A stretch of 64,000 nt of DNA, taken from NCBI GenBank assembly GCA_963845755.1, contig CAWJTV010000038.1, positions 1-64,000 on the forward strand. The letters run 5' to 3'. The notes beneath the pieces are model-generated. The model searched no databases, was not told where the DNA came from, and was given only the letters and a program-made list of their open reading frames with translations. Position numbers and translations under genes: made by a program. This document shows positions 1-8,341 of the stretch, one piece after another (position 1 is the first letter of the stretch; every line of letters begins with the position of its first letter). The stretch is from an uncultured Planctomycetota bacterium (GTDB taxonomy: Bacteria > Planctomycetota > Planctomycetia > Isosphaerales > Isosphaeraceae).

Positions 1-1308
1 TGATCCCTCCTTGAGGTGTGCCTTCCGTGGTGGCGAAGAGAACTTGCTTCTCCAGGAAACCGGCCTTCAACCATTTCCTGAGCATGTCCTTGTCCATGGG
101 GATGTGGTCCAGCAGCCAGTTATGGCTGATTTGATCAAAGCATGCTTTGATATCCCCTTCCAAAATCCATTTCGGACCGGTGGGATTCCTCAGGATCTTG
201 TGACATTGATCCAGAGCATCGGCGCAGCATCGTTCCAACCGAAAGCCATAGGAGTGACCGTCGGCTTGAGATTCCGCGATGGGATCGAGACCGAGCAGGT
301 GGAGGGCCTGCATAGCTCGATCGGCCATGGTGGGAATCCCGAGGGCGCGGCGGCGGCCGTTGCTCTTGGGAATGTACACCCTGCGGAGCGGTTGCGGCTG
401 ATAGCCGTGCCGACGCAAGGCGTTGAAGGCCCTCGTCTTGGCCTCCGGCGTGGTCCAGAGGATTCCGTCCACGCCCGGAGTTCTTGCACCCGAATTGCTG
501 ATAACTCGTAGAATGGCCAGAGCCCGGCCACTATATGAGTGAGTGAGCAGGTAAACCAGGGCTTTGACTTTATTCCACCTGCCCTCCCGAACCGCCTTCA
601 CGATACGCGCCTGGAGCCGACGAACATTGCGGTAGACCGCCTTCCAATTGATGGAATGCCAGTCGGTTGCAAGGTCGGGAGCCGCACCAGCGGGCATTTC
701 TGCTGCTGACATATCTGCTTGTCTCCCTTTGTCGGTTGGCCAAGGTTCTCTCGTGACGGAAGACCAGAGGGAAGTCTGCCCCCTTTCGGGTAGGGTGATC
801 TCGCCGGATGGCTCAACCCTTATCTGGTCGGTTACGGACCAGCTTTCGCTTTCTCCCTCCTCCTTTACCCGCCGCCCCATCGGCTTCTCTTGCGAGTCGC
901 TTTCCCTTGCGGGGAGACGACGGGCTTACCACGTTTCGCCGATATGCCGGGGTGGGGAAGGTCGCAGCTATCCGCCGGTGGTCCGTCATCTGCGTCGAGA
1001 GATCGATGAGCCCTCGAACCTGACCACATGCCGTTTTGGCCCAAGCGTGTCAGCATCTTTCGCTTGTTCGCACTCACGACGTTTATCGCTGCTTCACCGA
1101 AGTTGACCTATCCACCTCATCCTGGCCCCCGACCGCCTTGATGCTCGCGGTCGCAGCGTCAGCTCACGCGTCGGCTGCCCTCTCGAGAGAGGAGGTTACG
1201 TTGTTCCGGGGCTTACTATCCCGGTAGGATCCTGTCGGCAGAACAACAGGTGCCGTCGGTCTTCTCCGAAGGCCTCGGCACAGCCACATCGACGACATCG
1301 TGTCGCAC
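1..1308 (-). mobile_element. Group II intron, 5' part (IIB/CL-like); 3' part lies beyond the window's left edge
   Basis: Minus strand starts GTGCGACACG at 1308 (GUGYG consensus); ~600 nt non-coding region precedes an RT ORF; EBS1-like (1003-1008) and EBS2-like (1069-1075) segments are complementary to the flanking exon (1309-1321). Confidence 0.93.
2..712 (-). CDS. ltrA: Group II intron reverse transcriptase/maturase, N-terminal part (truncated by window edge; absent from ORF track)
   Basis: Manual translation from ATG 712: MSAAEMPAGAAPDLATDWHSINWKAVYRNVRRLQARIVKA...TPGVDG...LRRVYIPKSNGRRRALGIPTMADRAMQ...SYGFR...WILEGDIKACFDQISH...GTPQGGI, i.e. RVT_N plus RT0-RT4 motifs. Confidence 0.96.
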   Translation of the reverse strand, partial: MSAAEMPAGAAPDLATDWHSINWKAVYRNVRRLQARIVKAVREGRWNKVKALVYLLTHSYSGRALAILRVISNSGARTPGVDGILWTTPEAKTRAFNALRRHGYQPQPLRRVYIPKSNGRRRALGIPTMADRAMQALHLLGLDPIAESQADGHSYGFRLERCCADALDQCHKILRNPTGPKWILEGDIKACFDQISHNWLLDHIPMDKDMLRKWLKAGFLEKQVLFATTEGTPQGGI

Positions 1309-1340
1309 CATCAAGAGTGCGGAAGAGCCCAGAAAGGGCT

Positions 1341-1486
1341 CAACTTTTTCGGCCAGCCGGACCCACCCCCACGGGGCACGCTCTCGTCGCCGCAATCGCC
1401 CTACACTTTTGGGCTGAGGGCGATTGCGGCGACGAGAGCGTGACACATGGACGTCACAGGTGGGTCCCACCTCACCGAAAAAGTTG
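1341..1486. repeat. Nested inverted repeat (12-bp, 9-bp and 26-bp perfect stems), MITE-like or structured element
   Basis: 1341-1352 pairs with 1475-1486; 1359-1367 with 1459-1467; 1377-1402 with 1417-1442 (14-nt loop). Confidence 0.9.
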
Positions 1487-1570
1487 TACCCTCGGAACCC
1501 GTCGCTGACACTCAACAGTCCGATCCACGCTTCTGATGAGCCCGCAAGCGATGTAGCTTCAGAGGAGCAT

Positions 1571-2365
1571 ATGGCTGACACCTCTTCCGCGACGAGAAAT
1601 GGAACGAGCCCCGTACGCCAGCACGAATATGCCTTGCCTCCCCGCTGGCTAATCTGGGTGCTAACATGCCTGCCGGCTCTCATCGGCATCGGCCTGTTCT
1701 GGCTTTATGCCTGTTATTTTTCGAACGGCTTTTCGGTCAAGCAGGAAGCGTGGGGTCAATTCGGTGACTTTGTCGGCGGCGTATTGAACCCGATCATTAG
1801 TTGGATGACGTTCGTCGCCGTCGCGGTGTCTCTCCGCTACACCGTCTCTGCTCTTCAAGTGTCTGCCACGGCGGCGAAGATAGCCTACAGTCAACTTGAA
1901 CACGAAGTGACAACATATAGTGATCGAAAGATCCAAGAAACAGATGCCCAGAACAAAGAACGAACGTTCCAATTGTATCAGTTATGGGTGTCCCCCGAGA
2001 TGCTGCTGAGACGGATAGAGGCGTTAGAGTTTCTGCGAAGCTGCGCTGTGCCATTCGGAACAGGTGGTGTTATTTATATGGGTCGCTATCGGACAAGCGA
2101 GTCTTCTACCGATCGCATGAAATACGAATCGCTTCGGGGGATCTGGGAATTTCAGGCCAACATTAATACACTTATAAAATTAAAAATGTTAAATAGAGAA
2201 TTAATCTTAGAACTATTGAGAATGTCTATAACTCCATGGATCGCCTTTAATAACAGGGTGGATCTGCGGAAAGACGCCAATGATCACGATCAGAAGAGCA
2301 CAGAGGAAACCCTGTGGTTTCGAGACCGGGTTCGATCGTTTGGGGAAGTGTTAGGGATTGGTTAG
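1571..2365 (+). CDS. Membrane protein resembling the N-terminus of putative phage abortive-infection proteins
   Basis: AGAGGAG RBS before ATG 1571; two TM helices around WGQFGDFVGGVLNPIISWMTF; coiled segment; AT-rich 3' part. Confidence 0.6.
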   Translation: MADTSSATRNGTSPVRQHEYALPPRWLIWVLTCLPALIGIGLFWLYACYFSNGFSVKQEAWGQFGDFVGGVLNPIISWMTFVAVAVSLRYTVSALQVSATAAKIAYSQLEHEVTTYSDRKIQETDAQNKERTFQLYQLWVSPEMLLRRIEALEFLRSCAVPFGTGGVIYMGRYRTSESSTDRMKYESLRGIWEFQANINTLIKLKMLNRELILELLRMSITPWIAFNNRVDLRKDANDHDQKSTEETLWFRDRVRSFGEVLGIG

Positions 2366-2485
2366 GTGTCGCCTACCTCCGGATCGATCGAAACGTCCGG
2401 TCGGGACGGCGATGAAGACATTGACAGAAAATTTCTTATCAAGAAACCGAATAGTGCTGAAGCGGCTTGCACCACTACGAACATA

Positions 2486-2583
2486 TGATAGTCCCAGATT
2501 TTGCAAGAAAAACCGAAGAAAAAACCGGGACATACTGGAAGAAAAAACCGGGACAGAGAAAAATCCGGGACATACTGAATTTC
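2486..2583. repeat. Cluster of AAAA(A/T)CCGGGACA REP-like direct repeats plus one inverted copy
   Basis: Three direct copies at ~2519-2532, 2542-2555 and 2559-2572; inverted degenerate copy gtcccagatttt at 2491-2502. Confidence 0.8.
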
Positions 2584-2589
2584 GGCCGG

Positions 2590-2901
2590 CCTGCTGGCCT
2601 TGGCGAAGTAGTCGGGTAGTTGCTCGTCATAACTCGCGACCTTCTTGCCGACTTCCTTCGCCTCGACGATGAAGATCGGGTGACCACTCTGGAGGAACGC
2701 CCAGTCGATAGGCTTGATCGAGCGGTTCGGCCCGAAATCGACCCGATACTCGGGGATGCATTCCCGCGGGTCGGTCAGGTCGTATCCCAGGAGGGTGAAC
2801 AGCGGTCCGACGAGGCTCTGCTTCGTGGCCTGCTCGTTACCGCGAACGTGTTCGGCCAGCTCCTGGACGCGTTTGACGTACTGCGGCATCGCTTCGCGCA
2901 T
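2590..2901 (-). pseudogene. Type I restriction enzyme HsdR N-terminal (PD-D/ExK) domain, truncated
   Basis: NEQATKQSLVGPLFTLLGYDLTDPRECIPEY...IDWAF...IFIVEAK...QLPDYF; similarity ends where the repeat cluster begins. Confidence 0.8.
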
Positions 2902-3196
2902 GGTCCGACCTCATCGAGTGGATCGTCAGACCGAGACGTTAATTTGGCACCGCGCAATTTTGCCACAACGGATGGCTCCATGCGAGTGGGTGGTTCCGGA
3001 ATGTCCGCTTTTTTGCGGCGCGGTCCGCTCAACCGAAAGATGAGGCATCCGCGAGGCGCCGATCGTCAGGCATCGACCAATCGAACGACCCGGCGGAATT
3101 TCGCAGTGGTAGGATTGAAAGCGTGCGGAGTCGCCATGAGGCCATGGAAATCGCCGGTCGGACGGGTAAGGCACGGGATCTGGGAGTGCCGACCCA

Positions 3197-3634
3197 ATGA
3201 GCGAGAGAGTCACCATCGAGCTTCCGGATGAGCTGTCGCGGGGGGCACGCCGCTTGGCGGCCGCAGGCCATCGGCGCCTCGAAGATGCGGTCATCGACTG
3301 GATCGACCGAGCCATCGCCAATCCGGATGTGGAGACTTTACTCGACGACGAACTGTTGAGGCTTTGCGACGCGACGCTCGGGGCCGGTGAGCAGGCCGAA
3401 TTGAGCGATCGACTCGCAGAGGCCCGCGAAGGCACGCTCGATACCGCCGGGCGCGTCCGACTCGACGAACTCATGGCCGAGTACCGACGCGGCCTGGTGC
3501 TCAAGGCCCGAGCCTGGAAGGAAGCGGTGAGCCGGGGCCTCCGGACTCCGCCGACCGATACCGAGGCCGACAACGACGCCGATACGACCCAGACAGCAGC
3601 GAGAATGAGCGATGTGCCCTGTCGGTACTCTTGA
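3197..3634 (+). CDS. Putative antitoxin (RHH/CopG-like N-terminus), no adjacent co-oriented toxin
   Basis: MSERVTIELPDEL...LLDDELL...LDELMAEYRRGLVLKARA; this type is usually found upstream of HNH genes. Confidence 0.55.
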   Translation: MSERVTIELPDELSRGARRLAAAGHRRLEDAVIDWIDRAIANPDVETLLDDELLRLCDATLGAGEQAELSDRLAEAREGTLDTAGRVRLDELMAEYRRGLVLKARAWKEAVSRGLRTPPTDTEADNDADTTQTAARMSDVPCRYS

Positions 3635-3654
3635 GCTCGCGGATTGATCATGGT

Positions 3655-4508
3655 TCAGCCGGCGTTTGCAAATAGGTCCCGTATCCATCGAAATACTCCG
3701 GGAAAGCAATCACAGTCGAGCACGAATTCCTGCCCGCGCCCAACCGTTTGAAGGTAACACCCGGCATCGTCGCGTCTCCACCTCGCAAGATCTTCATGAT
3801 AGGTGAGCGCAGGTTTCCCCGCTGTCGGATAGAACCAGGGTGGTAATCGCCAATGGCTGCGGCTTTGCCCCTCGGCCGTCAGCGTGAGAACGTCCGACGC
3901 TCGAGGGAAAACACCCGCCCCGGCGATGTGTTTCCCGATCGCGGGCAATTCGAGGCGCCTTGAGGCGACGTACACCGTGTTATTCGCACGCATGTCTCGG
4001 CGCGACGCACGTGAGGGTGCTCGGCGGCCCACTGAGGAACCGAGCCGCTCGCTGTCGTCGGGCGCAGCACGCGACCCACTCGAAGCCAGCCGAAGATGAG
4101 ATGGTGATCGGGCGCAGAGCGATCGAACATCAGGTGTCCGTTCACACGAATCGTGCGTCGAAACCACCCGAAGAACAGGAAAAGGTCACCGACGCCGACA
4201 CCGCAATTCTCCAGGTGTGATTGCGCGGCATCGACTTGCCCGAAAAGTGGCAGCCAACCCGGTGCTCTTGGGCGAGCCTGCTCCTGGAGGTCAGGATCAA
4301 GGTGCACACCGCTCAGGGCCCTGATTCGCTGATTCGTAATCGCGGAGACGATGTTGGAAAGCGGCTCGCCACGCCACAGGACGTCCTTGAGCCTCGGTGG
4401 CTCGTCCGAAGGGATCGGGAGCGGGCAGGGCGCGCCATCGGGGAGGATCGGACTCGGAGCGCCACCGTTGACAGAGTCGAACCCTTTGCGGCTGAGGATC
4501 AGTTTCAT
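3655..4508 (-). CDS. Nucleotide modification associated domain 3 (Nmad3) protein, frameshifted near 4000
   Basis: MKLILSRKGFDS..GG.PSPI, HLDPDL, FGQVDAAQSHL, GDLFLFFGWFR, HLIFGWLRVG; continues in the ORF 3655..4167 frame (NNTVYVA...WRLPPWF...GRGQEFV). Confidence 0.85.
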
Positions 4509-4595
4509 CAACGTAGGCTTCCACGTTACCGGCCATCGGCATCGACCGGTTCTACATTCTCCCACCCGCGTAACAGCTCAGCATTGTGATAACTG

Positions 4596-4656
4596 GCTGT
4601 TTCAAAACGGGGACTGGCTCCGAGTCTTCGAGGTGCCTGTCCCCCTTCTGAAACAC
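4596..4656. repeat. Palindromic REP/MITE-like element, copy 1
   Basis: TGTTTCAAAACGGGGAC-TGGCTCCGAGTCTTCGAGGTGCC-TGTCCCCCTTCTGAAACA; near-identical to 57286-57344. Confidence 0.9.
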
Positions 4657-4923
4657 GATCCTCACCTTTGCATCGGCCAGGAACTCCACGACACCCAGAT
4701 CGAGCATGGCGTGATGAGTCGGGCAAGCCACAAGCATGTTTTCGTGTGTGTCTGGGCCCCGATGTGCTCCACCCAACGGCCGGATGTGATGCACCTCGGC
4801 GTAGAAGGAACCGTTGCCGAGCTCGATGCGATTCTGACAAATCTGGCAGCGAGATTCATAGAACGCCTTGAGACGGCGGGCTTGGGCCGTGTCGCGGATA
4901 ATCCGGGTCGTGGTGAATTGCAC
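4657..4923 (-). pseudogene. HNH endonuclease C-terminal fragment
   Basis: RIIRDT..ARRLK..Y..RCQIC...YAEVHHIRPLG..HRGPD...NMLVACPTHHAMLD; no proper N-terminus, and the C-terminus runs into the REP. Confidence 0.8.
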
Positions 4924-4924
4924 G

Positions 4925-5042
4925 CGTTCCGGGGGAGGCCGGCCTGTTCGAGCGCGGCCAGGTGATCGAACGCACGTTGCTGGTCGGCCGGGTTACCCTC
5001 CACGGCGTAGATCACGATCATCGTGTCCAGGTCGTACGGCAC
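4925..5042 (-). pseudogene. PIN-domain (VapC-like) toxin, first ~37 codons only
   Basis: DLDTMIVIYAVEGNPADQQRAFDHLAALEQAG matches the PIN N-terminal LDT..(I/V)Y motif; abuts the antitoxin stop codon. Confidence 0.6.
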
Positions 5043-5348
5043 TCACGGTCCCCCCGACGCGGCCCCACGGCGCGCGGCCTCCAGTTCCCGATCCCGCTCG
5101 ACGTCCTCGTCCATCCGCGCGTCGTCCTCGGCGGCAGGTCTTCCGCCGACCGGCTGGGGGAAACCACGGGCGCGTTGCTCGGCTGCGATCTCCCGGATGA
5201 CATCCGACAGGCCACGCCGTGGACCAACCGGCGCGGCGACACGGATCGTGACTTGCACGGGGCCGGGCGGCACCCGCGGCTGTTGTGTGAGTCGTAGCTG
5301 ACCGCTCGAATCCAGCGTGCCTTCGATCGTCTCCTTGATGACATTCAT
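5043..5348 (-). CDS. Putative antitoxin of the PIN fragment
   Basis: MNVIKETIEGTLDSSGQLRL....VPPGPVQVTIR; planctomycete-type small protein directly upstream of the PIN gene. Confidence 0.55.
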   Translation of the reverse strand: MNVIKETIEGTLDSSGQLRLTQQPRVPPGPVQVTIRVAAPVGPRRGLSDVIREIAAEQRARGFPQPVGGRPAAEDDARMDEDVERDRELEAARRGAASGGP

Positions 5349-5515
5349 GGCGAATCCTACTTCACCCCATCGTAGTTGGAATGGCGGGATGCAGGAAGAG
5401 GCCATTGGGCTCCCGGCCGCTCGAACCTAAACTTGACATAAATGTCAAACTTTGGAAGAATCAGGGGTGCGTCAGTGGTGGGCGGATTTTGGCTCACTTT
5501 CATCGAGATGCATGG

Positions 5516-6064
5516 ATGTTGCCTGAGTTTACCGATGACGGACTGCCGCCGTCGGGCGATTATGAGTTGACATTCGAGCAACTGAAGCAGTCCATGCTCG
5601 TAGTCGGACCGGGAAGGAATTACCCGGATTGGCACTTAAGCTGGCGCCTGCAGTTGGTTTGCTCCCTCGAGATCCTGGCAAGACAACTCTGGCAAGCGGG
5701 CATGACCGCGTCGATCTGCATCGGCGGGTCTTTCGTCGAGGATCGAAATCACCCGCACGACATCGACGGGTATTTTTACTGCGACGACCAGGAGTTCCTG
5801 TCGGGTCGGCTGGAGAAGACGTTGAATCAGCTCGACCCTCACCAGGCCTGGAACTGGGATCACAGGAGCCGGAAACCGGACGCTCGCGGACGCATGCGGT
5901 ATCCGCTCAGACATCGGTACTGTGTGGATTTGTTCCCGAACATCGGGCAGGGAACTGGCGTGTTCGATGACGATGGGAACGAGCGGAATTTCTACTCGTT
6001 GATGCGATGGTCCTCGCGAGTAAAGAAACGTCGCGGTGTCATCCAGCTGGGGAGATCAGAATGA
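5516..6064 (+). CDS. DUF6932-family nucleotidyltransferase-like protein
   Basis: MLPEFTDDGLPPSGDY...IGGSFVEDRNHPHDID (GS...DxD NTase-like motif)...RRGVIQL. Confidence 0.75.
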   Translation: MLPEFTDDGLPPSGDYELTFEQLKQSMLVVGPGRNYPDWHLSWRLQLVCSLEILARQLWQAGMTASICIGGSFVEDRNHPHDIDGYFYCDDQEFLSGRLEKTLNQLDPHQAWNWDHRSRKPDARGRMRYPLRHRYCVDLFPNIGQGTGVFDDDGNERNFYSLMRWSSRVKKRRGVIQLGRSE

Positions 6065-6591
6065 TCCGGAGCGAAGCGGAGTACCGGGACGCTATCGCGC
6101 GTGCCCGGAAGTCAGCGGAACGGCTTGTCCAGTGCCGCGAAGAGTTGCGAGCCAAGGGCTCATCGCCCGATGAGATCGAGAAGGTCGTGGGGGCGATGGT
6201 GAGCCTCCAGGATGACGTTCTCGAAGAGATCAGGCGCTACCAGCGATTCAAGGAAGGCGATCTCTCAGAATTCAAGGGGCTGCGGGAGATCGGGCAACTC
6301 CTCATCGCCGCCCGGCTGGCCCGTGGCCTCAGCCAACGCGAACTCTCCGAGAAACTCGAGATCCACGAGTCACAAGTTTCCCGTGATGAAAGGAATGAAT
6401 ATCAAGGAATCTCCGTCGAACGGGCCGCTCAACTCCTCGAGGTGCTCTCCATCGATCTGGAGGTCCAGGCGACGCTTCGTCGGCGTGCTGGTGCGCCGGC
6501 TGGGGAACAGCTCGGTGAGTCGCAACAGACCTCGTGGGATGACCCTTGGGTCGAGCGGCACGATCAAAATGCCGCGAGTCCCTTGGCCTGA
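6061..6591 (+). CDS. XRE-family HTH regulator / HigA-like antitoxin
   Basis: ATGA overlap with upstream gene; MIRSEAEY...LIAARLARGLSQRELSEKLEIHESQVSRDERNEY. Confidence 0.85.
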   Translation: MIRSEAEYRDAIARARKSAERLVQCREELRAKGSSPDEIEKVVGAMVSLQDDVLEEIRRYQRFKEGDLSEFKGLREIGQLLIAARLARGLSQRELSEKLEIHESQVSRDERNEYQGISVERAAQLLEVLSIDLEVQATLRRRAGAPAGEQLGESQQTSWDDPWVERHDQNAASPLA

Positions 6592-6650
6592 GGGCATCGA
6601 GGCAGTTCTTGAACGGGTGCTCTCTCGCCAGAGGAGAGGCACGCGATCGA

Positions 6651-7118
6651 TGGAAGACGAAAATTCGCGGCCGCGAGGCGGACCTGTCTTATTACTTCGA
6701 CCCCGAGAAGATCCGGGTGGCCAAGGAAGCCTTTGCCCGCGACTCGATGGACCCCGCCGATTATCCCCGTCCCGACATGGCGATCGAGATCGATATGTCT
6801 CCTTCCCAGGTCGATCGGCCGGCGATCTACAGAGATCTCCGCGTTGCCGAGGTCTGGCAGTTTGTCAGAGGCGCCATGCTCGTCATCGAGCAGCTCCAAC
6901 CGGACGGGTCTTATGCCCCGGTCGAGCAAAGCCAATTCCTGCGCGTCCGGCCCGATGATGTCCTTCGATGGCTGGAAGAGGCGCGCACCGAGGGCGAAGC
7001 GGCCTGGAACCGTCGCCTGAATCAGTGGGCCATGAGATTGGGGCGCCAAGGCCGGCCCGGCCGACGACGAGCGGGTCAGCCTCCCGCGAAGCGAAAGGCC
7101 AAGGGCAACGGGAAATGA
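6651..7118 (+). pseudogene. Uma2-family endonuclease, C-terminal half
   Basis: RGREADLSYYF...PRPDMAIEIDMS...IYRDLRVAEVWQF; N-terminal half missing. Confidence 0.75.
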
Positions 7119-7780
7119 CAGCCGATCGCTCGGGGCAGGAAAGAAGAGATCCGACGATGGAGGCTCGCCACTCCCCTCGGGCTCACGGGAAGGTCCGTAT
7201 CAATCTACACCTTCCATTTTTTTGTGGATTGTTGCAACTCCTGTGGAAATCGGAAGTTCGGAATCCTTGCAATTCAAAAACGCGCGTAGGTGCATTAACG
7301 GTTTCCGAAAAGTTGCGGCATACTAAAAGTATGACCTTCGCGCGATCACTTTCCAGACGGACCCCCAGGCCTCGCCCACCCCATCGCGGGCTCGACGCAA
7401 CTCGCTTCCAGCCAGACAGATCGGGGATGACGCCCCGCCAAAAAGATGCCCAAATGTGCCACGCCACGTCGCGGTCGTCACGCGCGGTGGCCCGTTACGC
7501 GGCGATCGAACTCCCGATGAGGGAACGGAGTCGTTCCGAGAGGTCGGGGTGATCCCCTGCCGATGCCGCTATCCCCGCACCATCGCGGAAGCGTCATCGG
7601 CGAGAACCAACTCAGTGCTCCCAGCCGAGAACCGGCCCGCCAGCGTCGCGTTGGGTTCACTCAGACATGGTGATGCTACGAAAAATGACGGCTTGACTCG
7701 AATGATTCAATAATCCTTGACTGACGTCTTCACGGCCTGAGAATGCATCCACAGGTCACGCCAGGCAGGCAAAAGAATAC

Positions 7781-7923
7781 GACGAACGAACCCAGGGACC
7801 CTTGGGCTGCCGGACCCCGAACCCGCAAAATGAACCCAGAACACCGCGCCACCAGGCCCGAGTCTGCAAATCGAAGCCAGAAAACCGCGTGACGAGTCCC
7901 AGGATCCGCGAAAACGAACCCAA
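7781..7923 (+). repeat. Four ~15-nt direct repeats (consensus ~AAACGAACCCA) with 41-44 nt period
   Basis: gacgaacgaacccag (7781), gcaaaatgaacccag (7825), gcaaatcgaagccag (7866), cgaaaacgaacccaa (7909). Confidence 0.7.
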
Positions 7924-8341
7924 ACGCCCACGCATGCTACGTGATCGATAGATCTTCGCCAATCGACAATCTCAACTCAATCGGCTGAATACCACTCACC
8001 ATTGCGACCGACAAATCTCTTTTAATCCCATGATCATGCCCGGCCACGGCAACCAGAATATCACGCACAATCCTCCGCATCGTAAACACCGACACGATCC
8101 GATTACCGGAAAGCGGGAGCCACGATGTCAGGTCGCTCCCAGGCTCCGCCGCTCAACGGGCGCGTCGGGCGGGAGTGACCGCGTCTCCATCGTGCGTCAC
8201 CGAATGCGTTTCGAACTCCCGAGCCTGATCGCTCCGTGGAGCCCGTTGGTTCGTAGCAGTAGAATGGAGCGTAGGAGCCACCACGAAGACCGGGTTGGCT
8301 CGGAATGGTCCTTCGCGAGGCGCAGCGACAGCAACTCAACC

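Noticed and set aside
1138..1143. TTGATG as alternative EBS1
   Set aside because: Perfect match to IBS1, but it lies 5' of EBS2 in the intron RNA; the 1003-1008 loop has the expected order.
11..1227. Plus-strand ORFs over the intron
   Set aside because: Antisense to the RT gene and ribozyme domains.
1325..1350. Class C intron insertion after a terminator
   Set aside because: The U-tract is on the opposite strand to the intron, and an EBS2-IBS2 pairing exists, which class C introns lack.
2350..2367. Integron attC core site (GTTAGGT)
   Set aside because: No matching RYYYAAC arm or attC stem, and no integrase visible.
7781..7923. CRISPR array
   Set aside because: Repeats are only ~15 nt, degenerate and non-palindromic; no cas genes in the window.
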